From contig NC_057720.1 of NCBI RefSeq assembly GCF_004010195.1, positions 29,789,631 to 29,853,630 of the forward strand: a DNA stretch of 64,000 nucleotides. Reading direction: 5' to 3'. The notes under the pieces are model-generated. The model was not told where the DNA came from. It ran no database searches and saw only the letters and a program-made list of their open reading frames with translations. Of this stretch, positions 37,709 to 48,490 are shown in pieces. Source of the stretch: Chiloscyllium plagiosum (Eukaryota). Made by a program: the position numbers and the translations under genes. Position 1 is the stretch's first letter. Every line of letters starts with the position of its first letter.

Positions 37709-38160
37709 TAGAGTCATACAGCATGGAAACAGACTCTAGGTCCAACTTGTCCATGCCAACCAGGTTTCCCAAATTAAACTAGTCCCGCTTTCTATATTTG
37801 GCCCATATCCCTCTAAACTTTTTCTTTCATGTTGTAACTGTACCTGCATCTACCACTTCCTCTGGCAGTTCATTCCATGCATGCACCATCTTGTGTGAAA
37901 AGTTGCCCCTCGGGTCCCTTTTAAATCTTTCTCCTTTCACCATAATACCTACACCCTCTAGTTTTGAACTCCCCTACTCTAGGGCTATGACCTTGGCTAT
38001 TTACCTTATCGATGGCCCTCATAATTTTATAAACCTTTTTAAGATCACCCCTCAACCTCTTATGCTTGAGTGAAAAATGTCCCAGCCTATCCAGCATCTC
38101 CTTATAACTTAAACCCTGCAGTCCTGGTAACATCCTTGTATACCTTTTCTGTACCCTTTC
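37709..38160 (-). mobile_element. HER1/CR1 3' end
   Basis: MLPGLQGLSYKEMLDRLGHFSLKHKRLRGDLKKVYKIM, with tail ATGCTGTATGACTCTA. Confidence 0.88.
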
Positions 38161-38994
38161 TATAACTGGACTGAACTGAACTCTGCATTTTTCTGAACTG
38201 AGACCTGGAACCTCTGTTCGAAGCTCAAAATTAAACTGATTGACTTAATGTGTTTGTTCTGTCTGTCATAAAGCCAACAGTATAAGCATTTTATTCATGA
38301 ACATTACAGGGGTTATCCCAGGCACTCTATCATAATCACAAGTTTGCTTGGAATTGATGCATTAAATGGCACTGTTCCAAATTCACTTTCTGATGTCTAA
38401 ACTAAAACGCCAAAGAACTGACTCATATTTATCTGCTTCTGTTTTAAATCCAACCTCAAACATATAATTTATTTTACACCTTTCATCACAATAGTGACAA
38501 GATAATTAGTTCCTATGAGAGTGAAGAGGTCTACTCCAAACTTCAGCCATGGTCTATCAGGGATGTCATGTGTCATCAACTGTTTGGTTTGATATTTGCT
38601 ATAGGCTCTCCATTGCCTGGTGTGCTCCTTTATTTCACTGCTCACTTTTGGCAGGAGAGAACCTTTCTTCCTGAGGTCAAATATAATTATTTGATGGTTT
38701 ACAAGAATGAACTTCAGCACCTCTTTACTAATCTCCTTCAGGATAATGACCCTCCTTCCTTGGTGCAAGATGCCATCTTCGGCTACCATTTTACTTCTTC
38801 ACGTTCAATATTGTCTCAAGCTACAGCCTTGATACTTTCAAACCAACCTTTCATCATTAGTTCCTGCAGCACTTGGGTGGTTACATTTCATTATGCAAGT
38901 TGTTAGTTTTAAGTAAGATCCTTGCCTTTCAGATTCAACATCACTGCAATGTTGATTACTTCCTGAGAATGTCAAGCTATTGCCTCACTTTCCG

Positions 38995-40915
38995 ATTTCC
39001 CACTTGCCTGGATGAGTGAAGCACCAACAACTCTCAAAACGTTTGACACCATCCATGACAATTATTATGGCATGGGGTAAACCCTTCTGCTTAATTTAAA
39101 CCAGCAACACAAAAAAGATTTAACCCAAACAATAATCTGTGAAAATTCGAGAGTCCAAGAACTATTTAAAGTAAAAATTAACCACTTTATTTCTTAAGGT
39201 ATAACAGAGAATAATTAACTAACAACTATTTACAACTCCTTCCTCTAACCTATCTTTTAACTTCCCTTCTTCAATACTAGTCAAATAAAACCCCGCTTGA
39301 GATTTACCAAAATTTAACTTTTGAAAAAAAAAGCCACATGTGGAATCTTCTTTTCTTCTTCCTGGGGATTCTGCTTCACAGGCTACTGATCGATAAAGTT
39401 ACCTTTAAGAGAGCTATTCTCCTGGCAGTCTGCAGATGCCGTTAGCTTGGCAGTTCTCCTCTCAACTGTTCAATTTTCCTCGGTCATATACCCCCAAAGC
39501 GTCAGATTGTGTCATTGGCTTTTAAGATTGTCAATATAGTAAATTCAACTTGATTGGAATTTGGTATTTTTGGGGGTATAATTTAAATTGATTGGCATAA
39601 TTCGAATCTGTTTTGTTGTTTCCAGGCAACCAGCTAATGTAGCTTTCGACCAAGCATAGCATTGTTACCTTTTTCAGAACTCTTGGTACTGTCAGATAGT
39701 TCTGCTAGCTTTTAACTCTCTTAAAGGTACACTACACCCACATCTTCAATTACACAATATAAACCACTTCATTGGCACCAAATCCACAAGCATTCATTCC
39801 CTCAACCACCAACATAGTGTGTACCATTTGCATGATGCACTGCAGAAGTTCACCTTAGACAACATCAAGGGGAGGCAACGGCCTTGTGGTATTATTGTTA
39901 AACTATTAATTTAGAAACTCACTAATGTTCCAGAAGCCCATGTTCAAATCCCACCATGACAATTGGTAAAATTTGAATTAATAAATAATCTGAAATTAAG
40001 GACTAACGATGACCATGAAACTGTTGTTGGTTGTCAGGAAAAATCCATCTGGCTTCCTTGAGTCAAAGTCATACAGTCACAGGGATGAACAGCATGGAAA
40101 CAGACCTTTCAGTCCAACTCATCCAGGCCGGCCTGATATCCTAACCTAATCTAGTCTCATTTGTCAGCACTTAGCCCATATCCCTCTAAACCATTCCTAT
40201 TCATATACCCATCCAGATGTCTTTTAAATGTTGTAGTTGTACCAGCCTTCTCCACTTCTGACAGCTCATTCCATGCACGCACAAACCTCTGCATGAAAAA
40301 GTTACCCCTTAGGTCCCTTTTAAATTTCTCCACTCTCACCCTAAACCTACACCCTCTAGTGCTGGACTCCCCCATCCCAGGGAAATGACCTTGTCTATTT
40401 ACACTCTCCACGCCCCTCATGATTTTATAAACCTCCATAAGGTCACTCCCCCTTGCTCCCACAGCCCCCAACAGTAGGGAAAACTTTCCTTTAGGAAAAC
40501 AAATTTGTCATCCTTACCTCATATGACCTACATGTGACTCCAGTTTCAAAGCACTGTGGTTGACTCTTAACTACCTTCTGGGCCTAGCCAGAGATACTCA
40601 TATCCTGAGATCCGGAAAAAAAACTTCCAAAACCATGGCCACTTCCATCCAGAAAGGCAAGAGCAGCAGATACATGTGATCACCATCAACTGCAAGATTC
40701 CCTCCAAGCCAATCACCATTCTGACTTGGAAATATAGCACTCTTCCTTTCGTGGAGCACCTTCCCTTACAGTATTAGAGGTCGACCTACAGTAAATGGAC
40801 TGTAGTTGTTCAAGATGGCAACTCACCACCATCTTCCCAAACACAACCATGGATTGGGCAATACATTCTGGCCCAGTCGATGATGCTCACATCCTATGAA
40901 TGTTTTTTTTTTAAA
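38995..40915 (+). mobile_element. CR1-B 3' end hosting the solo LTR and a tRNA-SINE (39869-40620), the SINE itself split by a HER1 fragment (40063-40470, minus)
   Basis: Segments 38995-39060, 39759-39865 and 40622-40915 are colinear with the reverse complement of 22076-22550. SINE halves match 25680-26016. The HER1 insert encodes DLMEVYKIMRG...FFMQRFVRAWNEL. Confidence 0.8.
39063..39754 (-). mobile_element. Solo LTR (~690 bp) with 4-bp TSD
   Basis: Minus strand starts TGTAAT and ends ATAATA (a mutated ..ACA end). It has an internal AATAAA at ~39186-39191. CAAT occurs at 39059-39062 and 39755-39758. It interrupts a contiguous CR1-B sequence (TTGACACCATCCATGA|...CCACTTCATTGGCACC). Confidence 0.75.
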
Positions 40916-41368
40916 TGCCCTGTCTCACTAGCAGATAACCTCATCATTCATAGTGCAAGATCTCATCATTGGCAGTTAGGATCTCAGCACTGACTTTGTC
41001 ATCACAAGTTGTTTCTAGTGAAATTGTCTTCTTGTATTGAATTGAATTGAAATGAATCGAATTGAACTTATTGTCACGTCTACTGAGGCACAGTGAAAAG
41101 CTTTGACTTGCAAGTAGTACAGGCTGATTACAGAATTAAGTAGCATAGATAAGTAAATAATAGATAAACAGCGGCAAAAACAAAAACACAGGTACAGGCG
41201 AATGTTAAGAGTTTGTGAGTCCATTCAGTATTCTAACAACGTAGGGTAGAAGCTGTTTCAAAACTGGCTGGAGCATGTTCAGGCTTCTGTACCTTCTCTC
41301 TGATGGTAGAGGTTGTAGAAAAGCATTCCAGGGTGGGATGGATCTTTGAGAATGCTGGCGGCCTTAAG

Positions 41369-42155
41369 AGAGTCATAGTGTCATAGAGGTGTACAGCGTG
41401 GAAACAGACCCTTCGGCCAAACCCGTCCATGCCGACCAGATATCCCAACCCAATCTGCCAACACCCGGTCCATATCCCTCTAAACCCTTCCTATTCATAT
41501 ACCCATCCAAATGCCTTTTAAATGTTGCAATTGTACCACCACTTCCTCTGGCAGCGCATCCCATGCACGTACCACCCTCTGTGTGAAAACGTTGCCCTTT
41601 AAGTCTCTTTTATATCTTTCCCCACTCACCCTCTAGTTCTGGACTCCCTGACACCAGGGAAAAGACTTTGTCTATTTATCCTATCCATGCCCTTCATAAA
41701 TTTGTAATCCTCTATAAGGTCACCCCTCAGCCTCCAATGCTCCAGGAAAAAAGGCCCCAGCCTGTCCAGCCTCTCCCTGTAAGTCAAATCCTCCAACCCT
41801 GGCAACATCCTTGTAAATCTTTTCTGAACCCTTTCAAGTTTCACAACATCTTTCCGATAGGAAGGAGACCAGAATTGCACGCAATATTCCAACAGTGGCC
41901 TAACCAATGTCCTGTACAGCCACAACATGACCTCCCAAATCCTGTACTCCATAAAGGAAAGCATACCAAATGCCTTCTTCACTATCCTATCTACCTGCGA
42001 CTCCACTTTCAAGGAGCTATGAACCTGCACTCCAAGGTCTCTTTGTTCAGCAACACTCCCTAGGACCTTACCATTATATGAATAAGTCCTGCTAAGATTT
42101 GCCCTCCCAAAATGCAGCACCTCACATTTATCTGAATTAAACTCCATCTGCCACT
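41369..42155 (-). mobile_element. HER1/CR1 3' portion nested in Rex1
   Basis: 173-aa ORF MEFNSDKCEVLHFG...LVRPLLEYCVQFWSP...RLRGDLIE, with CTATGACACTATGACTCT tail. Confidence 0.93.
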
Positions 42156-42414
42156 TTGACAGGGGTCTGGTAGATGGGTTCTATTAATGGGAGGTTGGCC
42201 TTTGTAATTGTCCAGGCCAAGTTCACCACTTTCTGTAACCGTCTCCACTTGTGAATGGTACAGTTGCCATGCCAGCTAATGATACATCCAGACAGAATAC
42301 TCTCAATGGCGCGCCTATAAAAGTTGGCAAGGTTATTCACTTTCTTGCCAAATGTCTTCAGCTGCTTGAGGAAGAAGAGACATTGTTGGGCCTTTGTAAC
42401 CAGTGTGTCCACGT

Positions 42415-42760
42415 GAAGAGTCCGAGAAAGCTTGTTGTGGATGACCACTCCCAGGAGCTTGACACTTTCCACTCATTCCACCTCTGTACTGTTAATGTTG
42501 GGGGGCATCCTGCTGAAAGTCAATAATGAGTTCCTTGGTTTTGCTGGCAATGAGAGCTAGATTGTTCTCAGTACACCATTTTTCCAGGAAGAGTCCGAGA
42601 AAGCTTGTTGTGGATGACCACTCCCAGGAGCTTGACACTTTCCACTCATTCCACCTCTGTACTGTTAATGTTGGGGGGCATCCTGCTAAAAGTCAATAAT
42701 GAGTTCCTTGGTTTTGCTGGCAATGAGAGCTTGATTGTTCTCAGTACACCATTTTTCCAG
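42415..42760. repeat. Tandem duplication, 2 x 173 bp
   Basis: 42415-42587 and 42588-42760 both run GAAGAGTCCGAGAAAGC...ACCATTTTTCCAG. I see two substitutions. Confidence 0.95.
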
Positions 42761-43054
42761 GTCTTCCCAATTCCCATCTGTAGTCTGTTTCGTCGCTCTC
42801 TGAGATTCAACTGACTTTGGCAGTGACATCAGTGAACTTGTAAATGGCATTAGACTGGTATTTGGCAATTACTCTGTGATAGGCTACCTACATTCTGTCT
42901 GACAATCTATAGGCTAGTAGATCATCCACAATAGCTTCTATTCCAAGAAGATCACTAACTGTCCCCATTCCATGTGATGCTCCCCATTTGAAATGCTAAC
43001 TCTCCATTTGCCAGACCTTTTTTAAAGTGACTATGCTGCTAATTCAGTCTGAAT

Positions 43055-43170
43055 TAGAGTGGTCCTGGAAAAGCACAGCAACCCAGGCAGCACCCGCAGA
43101 GCAGGAAAATCGACGTTTTGGGCAAAAGCCCTTCATCAGGAATAGAGGCAGAGTGCCTGCAGGTGGAGAT
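43055..43170 (-). mobile_element. Family-A-like PLE terminal fragment
   Basis: CTGGAAAAGCACAGCA..CAGGCAGCA..GAGCAGGAAAATCGACGTTTTGGGCAAAAGCCCTTCATCAGGAAT. Confidence 0.75.
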
Positions 43171-43249
43171 ATAACCTTTGAAGTTTCCTTAGCTTCTGCA
43201 AGGTTCCAGTGGATTGGAACATCACAAATGCAACGCTACTATGTAAAAG

Positions 43250-43905
43250 AGAGAGACTGTAAGCAGGAAATTACAGGCCAATTAGTTTAACATTTTTCAT
43301 TGGGAAAAGGCTAGAAAGTATGAAAAAGAAGTCAGTAGCAGGGCAGTTGGAAAATTATAACACAGTCAGGAAGAACCAACATTTTCTAGTAAAATGGAAA
43401 TCATGTTTGATGCCTCGATTAGAATTATTTAAGGTACTAACATACAGGGTGGATAAATGGGAACCAAAAAGCCTAACTTATTTGGTATCTAAAAGGCATT
43501 TGATAACGTGCCACATAAAATGTCCATGCTCAAGATAAGCACTCATTGTGTGGGGTTAACATATTAATGTTGATAGAGGTTTGGCTAACCAACATGAAAC
43601 AGACAGTTGGGATAAATGGGTTATTTTCAGACTGACAAACTATAATTGATGAGCTCCAGCAGGGATCATTGCTGGAGCCTCAATTATTTGAAATTTCGTA
43701 CAAATGATTTGGCTGAAGAGACAGATTGCATTTTAACCAAAATTTATTGCTGACAATAGTAAGATGTGTAGGAAAGCAAGTTCAGAGGAGGCTACAAGAA
43801 ATCTGCAAAGGGAAAGAGATAGGTTAAGTGGCTGAGCAAAAAAATTGGCAGACTGAGTATGATGTGGGAAAAAGTGAGGTTGACCACTTTGGCTGGAAGA
43901 ATAAT
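43250..43905 (+). mobile_element. Old CR1 RT fragment
   Basis: Decayed NYRPISLT, KWKSCL, KAFDNVPH, QGSLLEPQLF and CAGACTGAGTATGATGTGGGAAAAAGTGAGG motifs. Confidence 0.8.
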
Positions 43906-44429
43906 GCCATATATTGTGGTTCCAACCATTAGTGCCTGCAATATTTTGAATGCCACAGCCTTAGTATAAGTTAATATTCTGGTTCTTCTATAGTTTACTG
44001 TAGCTGCACCTTGTGGAGCCTGCTGGTAATACCCGTCTCAAAGGACAAATATTCCTTTTCACTTTCTACACTTCCCAGTCTGGCCTTTGTACAGTTATTT
44101 GAAAGTTTCTTCCCCTCATTGGATATGTCTAACTTTACTCATGGAGCTTCAACTGCTCCCACTGATGCTTCTTCTGTAAGGATTCTGTTAAATTCTACTG
44201 TGACTAGATATTTACTCTCTTCTTTATACCACTCTATTTTCCTACACCTCTTATTAGCACAGAGGTGAAATTTATCCTTTTGCTGCTTCCATAAGTGTTA
44301 CCGGCTGTTTGTCTGTCGAAGCATTTTCAAAAGCTGTCTCCATTTTCTTATAGCAGCAATGCTCTAAAAATAGTAACCTCATCTTTTTTTTAGGGTGTAA
44401 TTTTACTTGCTGAGCTGTAGGTTTGATAT

Positions 44430-44469
44430 CCAGACGTTTCGTTACCTGGCTAGGTAACATCATCAGTGG
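44430..44469 (-). ncRNA. Minimal type I hammerhead ribozyme
   Basis: CCA-CTGATGA-T-GTTACCT-AGCC-AGGTAAC-GAAA-CG-TC-TGG: stem I CCA/TGG, perfect 7-bp stem II, palindromic ACGT at stem III. Confidence 0.75.
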
Positions 44470-45298
44470 CGACCTCCAAGTGAAGCGAAGCTGTTGTCTC
44501 CTGCTTTCTATTTGTATCTTTCTCCTGGATGGGGTTCCTGGGGTTTGTGGTGAAGTCATTTCCTGGGTTGATAGATGGTATCTAGATCTATGTGTTTGTT
44601 TGTGGCGTTGTGGTTGGAGTGCCAGGCTTCTAGGAATTCTCTGGCATGTCTTTGCTTCGCCTGTCCCAGGATAGATGTGTTGTCCCAATCGAATTGGTGG
44701 TTTTTTTCATCCATGTGTAGGGCTACGGGGGAGGGTCGTGTCTTTTTGTGGCTAGCTGGTGTTTGTGTATCCTGGTGGCTAACTTTCTTCCTGTTTGTCC
44801 TACATGGTGTTTGTGGCAGTCCTTGCATGGAATTTTGTAGATGACGTTGGTTTTGTCCATGTGTTGTACTGGGTCCCAGAACAACCCATGGACAAAACCA
44901 ACGTTATCTACAAAATTCCATGCAAGGACTGCCACAAACACTACGTAGGACAAACAGGAAGAAAGTTAGCCACCAGGATACACGAACACCAGCTAGCCAC
45001 AAAAAGACACGACCCTCTCTCCCTCGTAGCCCTACACACGGATGAAAAAAACACCATTTCGACTGGGACAACACGTCTTCCCTGGGACAGGCTAAGTAAA
45101 GACATGCCAGAGAATTCTTAGAGGCCTGGCACTCCAACCACAACGCCATAAACAAACACATAGATCTAGATACCATCTATCAACCCCTCAGAAAAGGAAC
45201 TGGCAATGACATCACAGCCCCCAACCCCAGGAACCCCATCCAGGACAAACATATAAATAGAAAGCAGGAGACAACAGCTTTGCTTCACTTGGAGGTCG

Positions 45299-45338
45299 CC
45301 ACTGATGATGTTACCTAGCCAGGTAATGAAACGTCTGG
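45299..45338 (+). ncRNA. Minimal type I hammerhead ribozyme (mirror copy)
   Basis: CCA-CTGATGA-T-GTTACCT-AGCC-AGGTAAT-GAAA-CG-TC-TGG, with G-U at the base of stem II. Confidence 0.7.
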
Positions 45339-47249
45339 ATATCAAACCTACAGCTCAGAGAGCAAACCTACATCCTAAACCTACAAAAGTATCTTCATTA
45401 TTTTCTGTGATCTGTTCAGCAGTCAATGGCCTGCAAAACACTGCAAATTTCTTCAAGAATATGTAGGGTTACCAGTCCAAATTATAGACATTTTCTCATC
45501 AACCTGTTCAGAGATGGTATTACACACTTCTGGAGCAGGTGTAACTTTTACTGGGCCTCCTGGCTCAAAGGTCAGGACATGACCACTACACCGTGAAAGA
45601 TTAAGACTTGCTTTGGCTGAGATAAGTGGATTGTATGTACTGTCTCCTACTTTTAACTGCAGATATTTGTTCTTCCCATTTCAATGTTTTATCAGCTGCA
45701 TTTGTTCTCTTGGGATGTATGTTATTTAATCATATAGCCTCAACTTCCCTTCCAAGGATTTCATTTTTGGGTGACCATCTTGAATCACCTAACAGAGGCC
45801 TGAAAATCTTGGATAAAGCACAAATGTCTACTTGACACTTGACATTTACTTGATGCTGTCCTTCTACAATCATTATTCTACCACAAATTATCTATCACCT
45901 TTAGACCTGATAATGGTAAACTATTGTATTGTGAACAGTAATTCATCAGACTCATCAGCTGACATTTCTGCAGTAGCCAGCTTTTCTCAAGCTACCATCT
46001 TTAGGATTGTGCCTGAAAGCCTCCTGAAATTTAGAATCTGACCTGAAGACAGTAATACTCTAGCACCATGGATTAGTTATAGGCTTCTAATGCTTCCTTT
46101 AGCTAGACATGTGCAGGTAGAGTGGTTCAGTTTCTTGCATTAAGAGCATTACTTTCCCCATATTGGAAATGCTTCATTTTTGTCTGTGTGATGCCCTGCA
46201 CGATATTTACAGCCAGAACTCTAGCCTTGGTCTTTCTGCAAATATTTATTTTCTTCCAATATGTCATGTTATTCAGCTTGGAATATCTCTCAGCAGAATT
46301 GCAAATCTCATCTGTTCTCCCATTAATATGTTCTCATATATGATTTACAACTTTAGCTGCACATTTGTTGCTTTCTTGAGACTTTGTTTCCCTTTTCTTA
46401 GCAACTGTGCTCTCACAGCAGGATCTCTCATGAAGAAGATAATCCTTTATCTGATGAAATCATCTTTCAGTTGTTCAAGTTCACAGGATTTAGCTAAATG
46501 TATCAGCGTGGTCCCATACTCATTAGTATTCTCCTTCTCCTCTTGACATCAGATGTTGAATAAATATTGTCCATTAGTAACATGCATATGACACTCAAAG
46601 AGTGTCTTCATTGCCTGCAATTTTGTTTCTGTCTGGAGTTACTGCTCTTCAGTGAGATCTAGGCTGCAATACAGCTTATAGCACTGTTTCTCTAGCAATT
46701 ATAACAAGATTAATACTCTGATTTGCTCAATCTTTTTATTTAATTCTATATCTATTGTATAGCTTTGCCACTGAGTGAACAAAGTTCCAATTTTTTCTCA
46801 TATCTCAATTCATTTTCACAAGAGCAGAAATTAGAAAATGCTCAGCCATTTTGATTACTCAGTAATTCAAAACTGCAAGCATTTCTTTTTATTTCTTCCT
46901 TGCTTTTTTTTAAAAGCACACTCACAGAGCTCTAAAAATCTGTATATTTTGAGTTGGACATTCTTATTGTCTTTTTCACAGAAGATGTCTCTCTTACAAC
47001 TCTGAGAGTCCCATATATTTTCTGCAGCACCATTGTAAACACCCTGTTTCAAGGGATCTGATATTTGCTGCCACAGACAGCACACCAAGATAAACACAAC
47101 AAAAGTAGATGTCAAATGACAATGGCAAGTCAACCAGTATAATAAGCCTACTTGCATTTCTCCAATTACGAATGATGCCCAACTCTGCCATGCTGTCAGT
47201 TCTTTCAGGTCTTCCCTTGCAAATAATTAGCCACACTATCTGACATCCA

Positions 47250-48490
47250 ATATTGAATTACATGTTGGAAAGGCAAAAGCCCCATCTTAAGCCCCATCCA
47301 CAAATGTTTCCTATTCAAAGACCCCATTTTCCTCTTGGCCACTGTCTAAAGCTAAACGAGACTTCATTGTCTTATTTGACTCTGAGCTGAGTTTGTCACC
47401 CCATATCCTCATCATCATCAAGATTGTCTAATTCTTCCTCTATGTGTGTCTGACATTTGAGGAAAGATTTAGTCAGTTAGAATTGTATTCACTGGAGTTT
47501 AGAAGAATGAGGGGAATCTCATAGGAACCTATAAAATTTGAAAAGGGCTAGGCACGCTAAATGCAGAAAGATGCTCCCGATGGTGGGGGAGTCCAGAACC
47601 AGAGGATCAGAGTTTAAGAATGCGGAATAAACCTTTTTCGACTGAGATGAGAATTTCTCCAACCAAAGAGTGCTGAGCCTGTGTAATTCACTACCACAGA
47701 AAGTGGTTGAGGCCAAAATGGTATGTGCTTTTATGAAGGAGGCAATTATGGATTTTGTGGCTAAAAGGATCAAGGCATAGGGGGATGGTTGTGGTGGTGG
47801 GGGTCGTCATATTAGGGTAGTGAGATCAATGATCAGCTATGATCATAATGAATGGCAGAGCAGGCTCAAGAAATGGAATGGCTTATTTCTGCTTCCATCT
47901 TCTCTGATTCTACGTCTCCCATGTTGTCTCAGATTAATAGACCTGGTGAAACTCTCACCCATTCTTTTGTGTTGCCTCCAGACTGAACTATTCCAATGCT
48001 CTTCTGATAATAAGTCCACCTTCCTCCCTCAGTAAATTTGAGCACACCTAAGATACTCCTCTCCTGTCAGCCTGTCAATGCCTCAAGTTTAAAATTCACA
48101 ACCTTGAGTCAAATCCTTTGCTGTTTCTCATATCTGTAACTAACGCCAAACTTGCAACATTCTGAGAAGTCAACAGTTCTTTAATCTGATCTTTTGTACA
48201 CCCATGATTTTCTTTGACTCAATATTGAAAGTCACGGTTGTGGATATAGAGATCCTGACCTCAGAAATTTCCTCTTCAAACCTCATTGCGTCTCCAATTC
48301 TTCTTTTTTAATGTGCTCTTTCAAACCCAGCTGTTATTCCCTAATGAATCAGCGTGGAATTTTGTTAAATCTAAATTGACCTCTTTGATCTCTTTTGGTA
48401 TCCTGTTCTGTGATCTCATTAAGGGGCATGCGTCAAACTTCATTTAACAAAGCTACTGTGAAGAACAGCATGATGTTTTCCTATAATAAA
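47250..48490 (+). mobile_element. Decayed L2-type LINE 3' end, interrupted by a CR1 3' end (47452-47915)
   Basis: L2-like GTGAAACTCTCACCCATTCTTTTG..TCCAGACTGAACTATTCCAATGCTCTTCTG, CAAGTTTAAAATTC and CTCTTTCAAACCCAGCT. The CR1 insert has LYSLEFRRMRGNLIGTYKIL. Confidence 0.65.

Larger units (their letters stand above)
41037..42868 (-). mobile_element. Rex1/Babar LINE 3' portion
   Basis: WCTENNQALIASKTKELIIDF and ESVKLLGVVIHNKLS...KAQQCLFFLKQLKTFG..LANFYRRAIESILSGCIISWHGNC..RRLQKVV. (TCAAT)n-like tail at 41037-41066. Confidence 0.88.
44392..45382. mobile_element. ~1 kb palindrome of two head-to-head PLE 3' ends (GIY-YIG endonuclease and pLTR; family B, Penelope/Poseidon-type)
   Basis: Both strands encode MDKTNVIYKIPCKDCHKH(Y/H)VGQTGRKLATRIH(E/K)HQLATKRHDP...FDWDNT...AREFLEAWHSNHNA. 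The symmetry centre is at ~44870-44880. Confidence 0.93.
37300..47250 (-). mobile_element. Decayed Gypsy/Ty3 LTR retrotransposon fragmented by later insertions
   Basis: Domain order on the minus strand: PBS-like 47231-47249; gag ~46850-46350 (QEEKENTNEYGTTLIHLAKSCELEQLKDDFIR..RDPAVRAQLLRKG); protease ~45850-45600; RT GIEAIVDDLLAY ~42905-42945; RNaseH linker ~40920-41015; integrase 38469-38900 (AEDGILHQGRRVII...IPDRPWLKFGVDLFTLIGTNYLVTI). The left boundary is uncertain. Confidence 0.8.

Noticed and set aside
44723..45176. Overlapping sense/antisense ORF pairs as a bidirectional gene or toxin-antitoxin pair
   Set aside because: These are an automatic consequence of the palindrome; both frames are truncated or frameshifted GIY-YIG remnants.
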